Of a stretch of DNA of 57,308 nt, positions 53,675 through 57,308 are shown one piece after another; position 1 is the first letter of the stretch, and each line of letters starts with the position of its first letter. The stretch is from a virus. Lineage: Duplodnaviria; Caudoviricetes. The position numbers and the translations under genes are program-made. A model generated the notes under the pieces. The model made no database searches, was not told where the DNA came from, and saw nothing but the letters and a program-made list of their open reading frames with translations. Location: positions 1-57,308 of the IMG/VR virus record IMGVR_UViG_3300006224_000012; one strand, 5' to 3'.

Positions 53675-56181
53675 CTCCTTCTAATAATATCAGCATAAGA
53701 TTTTCCAAAAAAATCCTTATGATCTCTATAGGTCTTATAAATATCATTATCGTCAATTTCAATCTCTGGCATTATTTCATAGTAGGTTCCGAAAACCGCA
53801 AGCATAAGAGAATCAGGATAATCATCGTGACCTTTCTCTTCATCTACAGAGGTAGGACTTAAAAACTTTCCGCTATATTTCTTCTTTAGAGTGGTCATTT
53901 GCTGCTCAAACTTTTTAAACTTCTTCGTGTCTCTTACGTGAGGATGAGCAGGGATTACTACTCGTCTACTATTTACTTCCTGAATGAAATACTTGTAGCC
54001 AATATCCTTAGTTGTTGGGCTGAAAACAAAAGGAACCACGCTAATTTGAGGAAGAAGAACAGCATAATGTTCCCTTACAGGGTCGCCTACACCGCTTGAA
54101 TCACAAACTAAAGTCTCAATCCAATAGTTACTTAAGAAGTCTACAACCTTATCATACTGGTCTTCCCAGTTATCTCCCTCTAATTCTAACCAGTTAAGAA
54201 TTTGTTTGGGTACATTCCCCTCTTCGTCTGCCTCATTCCAATCTACTTTTAGTACGGTGACTACAGTAGAGTCTTGGCTTTTTCCTAAATCCAGCCCAGC
54301 TATACACGGAGTTTCTTTGTATTCTTTTACAACTTTTAAGGATTTATCGTAAGCCTTTTCCTCTAGTTGAGCCTTACTAAATACCATCCCTTTTGTAATC
54401 GGCCATATCAGTCTATACGCCATCTTGAATTCATCAGAGTCTATCCCTAATCGTTTAATTTCTTTCTGAATAAACTTCTTGTACATTGGGTTGTATCTCT
54501 GCACAGTAAGGTAGTCAACTTCAAAGTGGCTTTGTCCTGGGTTTGTGATATCAAGAATCTTGTTCTGTTCGATAGTATCGTAAAAGTATCCGATATAAAT
54601 ATCGGGAGTTCCTGTAGCAACAATGGTAGCGTTTACTGCTGCACCAGAAGGGATGATACTCTTGCGGATTTTAAAGGCTTCCATATCCTGACATTCATCT
54701 AAGATGATAAGATGGTATGTCTTGGATTCTACCTTAGCTCTCTTACCCCCAGACTGATACCGAATAAAAGACTTATTTCTAAGTCTAATTAAGTTTCCTC
54801 TTGCTCCCCCCTGCGCGGGAATAGGCATCTTTAACTCTTCAATAAATAGCCTCTTACTGTTATCAGTAGTGAATACAGAATGAACGCGGTCAAACATCGT
54901 TACTGCCTGCTCACCAATAGGACCAAAACATCCTGCCCAGAATCCTTTTATGAACATACCAAACTGGTCTGGAAACTTCTCAGCTAAAGATGGTAAGACC
55001 ACCATACAAGCAGCAGTAATCATAGCTACAGCTTGGGTTTTTCCTGAGTTATGTACTTTAATACCAGAAGCTAAAAACCATCCCTTATCTTCAATGGTAG
55101 TATCCCAGACTGGCATTTGTTCATCTAGTTTCTTAACTGAATAGACTTGAGCAACTGTTAATATCTCTCCATCTGGGCCTTCAAAACTTCTATCTACATG
55201 CTTTCTTGGAATATATAATGGGGGAAAGTAATTCTCTGGAAGTAAGTCTCCAAATAGCTCTTTCATTCTTTGGTAATTTCTTGATGCTTGAAAAATCAAG
55301 CAATCCCCTATCCAAACATCGACAGCCCCATGTAGCCCTAGCTTGTTCAAATGCTCCTTACAAAACTCCAGGTATCGTGCATTTCTTCCCTTAAGGATAG
55401 TTTTGACAGTCCTCGGTTTTTTATAGCTCTTTCCTTGGATAAGAAATAGAGGGTAAAAGAAACGTATTAGTTGGGCCTTGGTAAAGAAGTTAACATTCTC
55501 GGGAAACCCATCGGAATTGAACTTCATTGCTTTGAGAAATTTCTTGAGGGTTCCACTAATGGTTATAGTTATTGTATTCTTGGTGACTCTCTTTTTACAG
55601 TCAGGAAAGAACGACTCAAGAATAGGGTTAATCCTATCTTTACCAACTTTTATCTTTACCTCCTCACTCCTCCCGATGTAGACTGTAAGCCAGCCTACTA
55701 ACTCGGCTAAACTACCTGTTATAAAAAGGCTTCCCCCATTATCAAGAGGCACAATCCCATCCCCAAATTTATCCCATTTATCAAGGACAATTACTTTGTC
55801 ATATTTTTTAAGGCAGAACGCTGGAACAAATCCTTCTGGGGTTGAGATAGGGTGTTCTTCTGTACAGCGGATAACATGTCCCCCCTTAACTTTTATCTCA
55901 TAAATATCTGCTAATTCTTTTGTTTTCCATGCGTCAGAGTGTTTTTGAATAGGCATGACAAGGCCATTTCTATTCATAATAAGCGTATCTTCTGCGATAC
56001 ATTGGCGGGAAAATAAGGCGGTGAGGGTTGCACCCTCATTGGTTACGAGACTCTGAGTGAGTCTTCGTGCGAATGGTAATTGGTAGGGGTAAAATTTAAC
56101 CTCCCCCATATACTGAGAAAGGTCAACAATTTTGTCAACAATCTTTTCTAAAGCTACAGATGATAGTTTAGCTTGTGTCAT
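53671..56181 (-). CDS. terL: Terminase large subunit (intein-containing)
   Basis: After splicing: Walker A SRQSGKT; Walker B LIILDECQ; ATGTP; nuclease motifs AGLDLGK, DSSGVG, HDDYPDSL. Confidence 0.92.
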   Translation of the reverse strand: MTQAKLSSVALEKIVDKIVDLSQYMGEVKFYPYQLPFARRLTQSLVTNEGATLTALFSRQCIAEDTLIMNRNGLVMPIQKHSDAWKTKELADIYEIKVKGGHVIRCTEEHPISTPEGFVPAFCLKKYDKVIVLDKWDKFGDGIVPLDNGGSLFITGSLAELVGWLTVYIGRSEEVKIKVGKDRINPILESFFPDCKKRVTKNTITITISGTLKKFLKAMKFNSDGFPENVNFFTKAQLIRFFYPLFLIQGKSYKKPRTVKTILKGRNARYLEFCKEHLNKLGLHGAVDVWIGDCLIFQASRNYQRMKELFGDLLPENYFPPLYIPRKHVDRSFEGPDGEILTVAQVYSVKKLDEQMPVWDTTIEDKGWFLASGIKVHNSGKTQAVAMITAACMVVLPSLAEKFPDQFGMFIKGFWAGCFGPIGEQAVTMFDRVHSVFTTDNSKRLFIEELKMPIPAQGGARGNLIRLRNKSFIRYQSGGKRAKVESKTYHLIILDECQDMEAFKIRKSIIPSGAAVNATIVATGTPDIYIGYFYDTIEQNKILDITNPGQSHFEVDYLTVQRYNPMYKKFIQKEIKRLGIDSDEFKMAYRLIWPITKGMVFSKAQLEEKAYDKSLKVVKEYKETPCIAGLDLGKSQDSTVVTVLKVDWNEADEEGNVPKQILNWLELEGDNWEDQYDKVVDFLSNYWIETLVCDSSGVGDPVREHYAVLLPQISVVPFVFSPTTKDIGYKYFIQEVNSRRVVIPAHPHVRDTKKFKKFEQQMTTLKKKYSGKFLSPTSVDEEKGHDDYPDSLMLAVFGTYYEIMPEIEIDDNDIYKTYRDHKDFFGKSYADIIRRR
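55048..56001 (-). mobile_element. 318-aa intein in the terminase Walker A motif with a degenerate LAGLIDADG-like region
   Basis: Q|CIAEDTLI ... block B IRCTEEHPI ... VWDTTIED...FLASGIKVHN|S. Confidence 0.92.
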
Positions 56182-56380
56182 TATACTTCCCCATGTTCCT
56201 AAGTGTGTCTATAAATATTTTCTTCGACTCGGCTTTCGCCAATCCCTTGACTCCAAGTATATCTTTGTCTTCAATCCATAAGAACCCACAAATGAGGCAC
56301 TTATTAACTGGCATCACTATATTATATCGGTTAATTTTAAAAGTATTGTAGTGATTTTTACTACACCGGGGACAACTCAT
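56168..56380 (-). CDS. Small Zn-ribbon protein
   Basis: CPRC...CLICGFLW. Confidence 0.65.
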   Translation of the reverse strand: MSCPRCSKNHYNTFKINRYNIVMPVNKCLICGFLWIEDKDILGVKGLAKAESKKIFIDTLRNMGKYNDTS

Positions 56381-56550
56381 TATCTTCCTCCATAAAATTC
56401 ATCGCGGCAAATATAATATTCCTGTTCTCCTAGTCGTTCTTTCCAAGTGAAAAAGCACTCTTCACACATATACTCATATTCATGGTAAGTTGCAGCAAGA
56501 ATACTGAATATAGTAGTTATTTTTTCACTCTTGCATTTAGGACAACTCAT
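56380..56550 (-). CDS. Small Zn-ribbon protein
   Basis: Start re-called at MSCPKCKS (TAATG overlap); CEECFFTW. Confidence 0.65.
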   Translation of the reverse strand: MSCPKCKSEKITTIFSILAATYHEYEYMCEECFFTWKERLGEQEYYICRDEFYGGR

Positions 56551-56744
56551 TATTCCTCCCACTCTATACACTCGTCACCAATTTTAAGAATGCTCTGGGG
56601 ATAATCATACCAATAGACTTTAACACGCTTAAAACAATTCATGCAAGTAATCCAAGTTCTATGGGGAGTATCCATTTCATGCCGAAACCAAACAACCCCT
56701 TCATCATCAATAGCTGTAATATCATTTATTCTTCGTAATTCCAT
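56550..56744 (-). CDS. Hypothetical protein
   Basis: 64 aa with CxxC; GGAGG SD. Confidence 0.6.
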   Translation of the reverse strand: MELRRINDITAIDDEGVVWFRHEMDTPHRTWITCMNCFKRVKVYWYDYPQSILKIGDECIEWEE

Positions 56745-57308
56745 TTATTACCTCCAAGTATTTCTTCGCACAATTTTTGTATGAGTTTTCTTTTATGTAG
56801 TCTAAGTGTAGTACATCTTCTAATTCTACCTGAAGTAGCGTCTTAGGAGAAGGATAATTTTTCCACTCAGTTCCATCTTTAAACTTAGGAACTGTTGTGT
56901 TTATTTTGTGTACAAAATCTGGGGCATCAGCAAACCATCCAATATCATTTACTATAACTGGCCTATGACTGGATATTGCCGTTCTTAAAGCTGCTGATTG
57001 TCCTTTTATATTCACATCATTATACCACAATATTATAGCATCTGCTTCTTTCATAGCCTCAAAGAGTTTTTCTTCGCTCCACCAACCATCTTTTCTAGAA
57101 TCGTGACTCCAAAAAAGTATCCCTAGTTCTGTACAAGCTCGTTCAATAAAAGCGTAATCATTTCTTCCCATACCAAAGCTAAATACTGATGGCGTTCTTT
57201 CTATTGTTGGAAAGGGAATAAAATAATTATGGTTAAGCTCCTTGTTATGAACAATAATTTTATTCGTTACAATTTTATGTTGGGGATTCCAAGACGAATC
57301 ATGTTTTA
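56722..57308 (-). CDS. GT-B fold (family 4-like) glycosyltransferase, 5'-truncated by the window edge
   Basis: Frame open to the window end; SFG; EADAIILWY; SAALRTAISSHRPVIVNDIGWF; SYKNCAKKYLEV. Confidence 0.7.
   Translation of the reverse strand, partial: KHDSSWNPQHKIVTNKIIVHNKELNHNYFIPFPTIERTPSVFSFGMGRNDYAFIERACTELGILFWSHDSRKDGWWSEEKLFEAMKEADAIILWYNDVNIKGQSAALRTAISSHRPVIVNDIGWFADAPDFVHKINTTVPKFKDGTEWKNYPSPKTLLQVELEDVLHLDYIKENSYKNCAKKYLEVINGITKNK

Noticed and set aside
1-57308. Stop-codon reassignment
   Set aside because: Core genes are full length in the standard code, TAA/TAG/TGA all end genes at tight junctions, and no suppressor tRNA was seen

Overview
This window is the late (virion) region of a large tailed dsDNA phage with siphovirus-type gene order, almost entirely on the minus strand and in standard genetic code. 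Read in transcription direction (right to left), it contains: a partial GT-B glycosyltransferase and small Cys-rich ORFs; intein-containing terminase, portal, scaffold and an N4-gp56-like major capsid protein; head-tail connectors, tail tube, a -1 frameshifting tail chaperone, a ~3050-aa tape measure carrying cargo domains, Dit and hub; about 25 kb of giant Ser/Thr-rich repeat-built fibre genes interrupted by a lysis / GDP-mannose dehydratase / glycosyltransferase block; a papain-like protease and a methyltransferase; two atypical tRNAs; an array of five covarying Y-RNA-like hairpins directly upstream of a Ro60/TROVE gene; and a chain of five tiny, mostly translationally coupled single-TM peptides. 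The best candidate for an undescribed system is the Ro60 + minimal Y-RNA array + micropeptide operon (252-2589). An amidase endolysin with a peptidoglycan-binding domain and no recognisable spanins suggests a monoderm bacterial host (inference). All calls are by eye; no database search was run.
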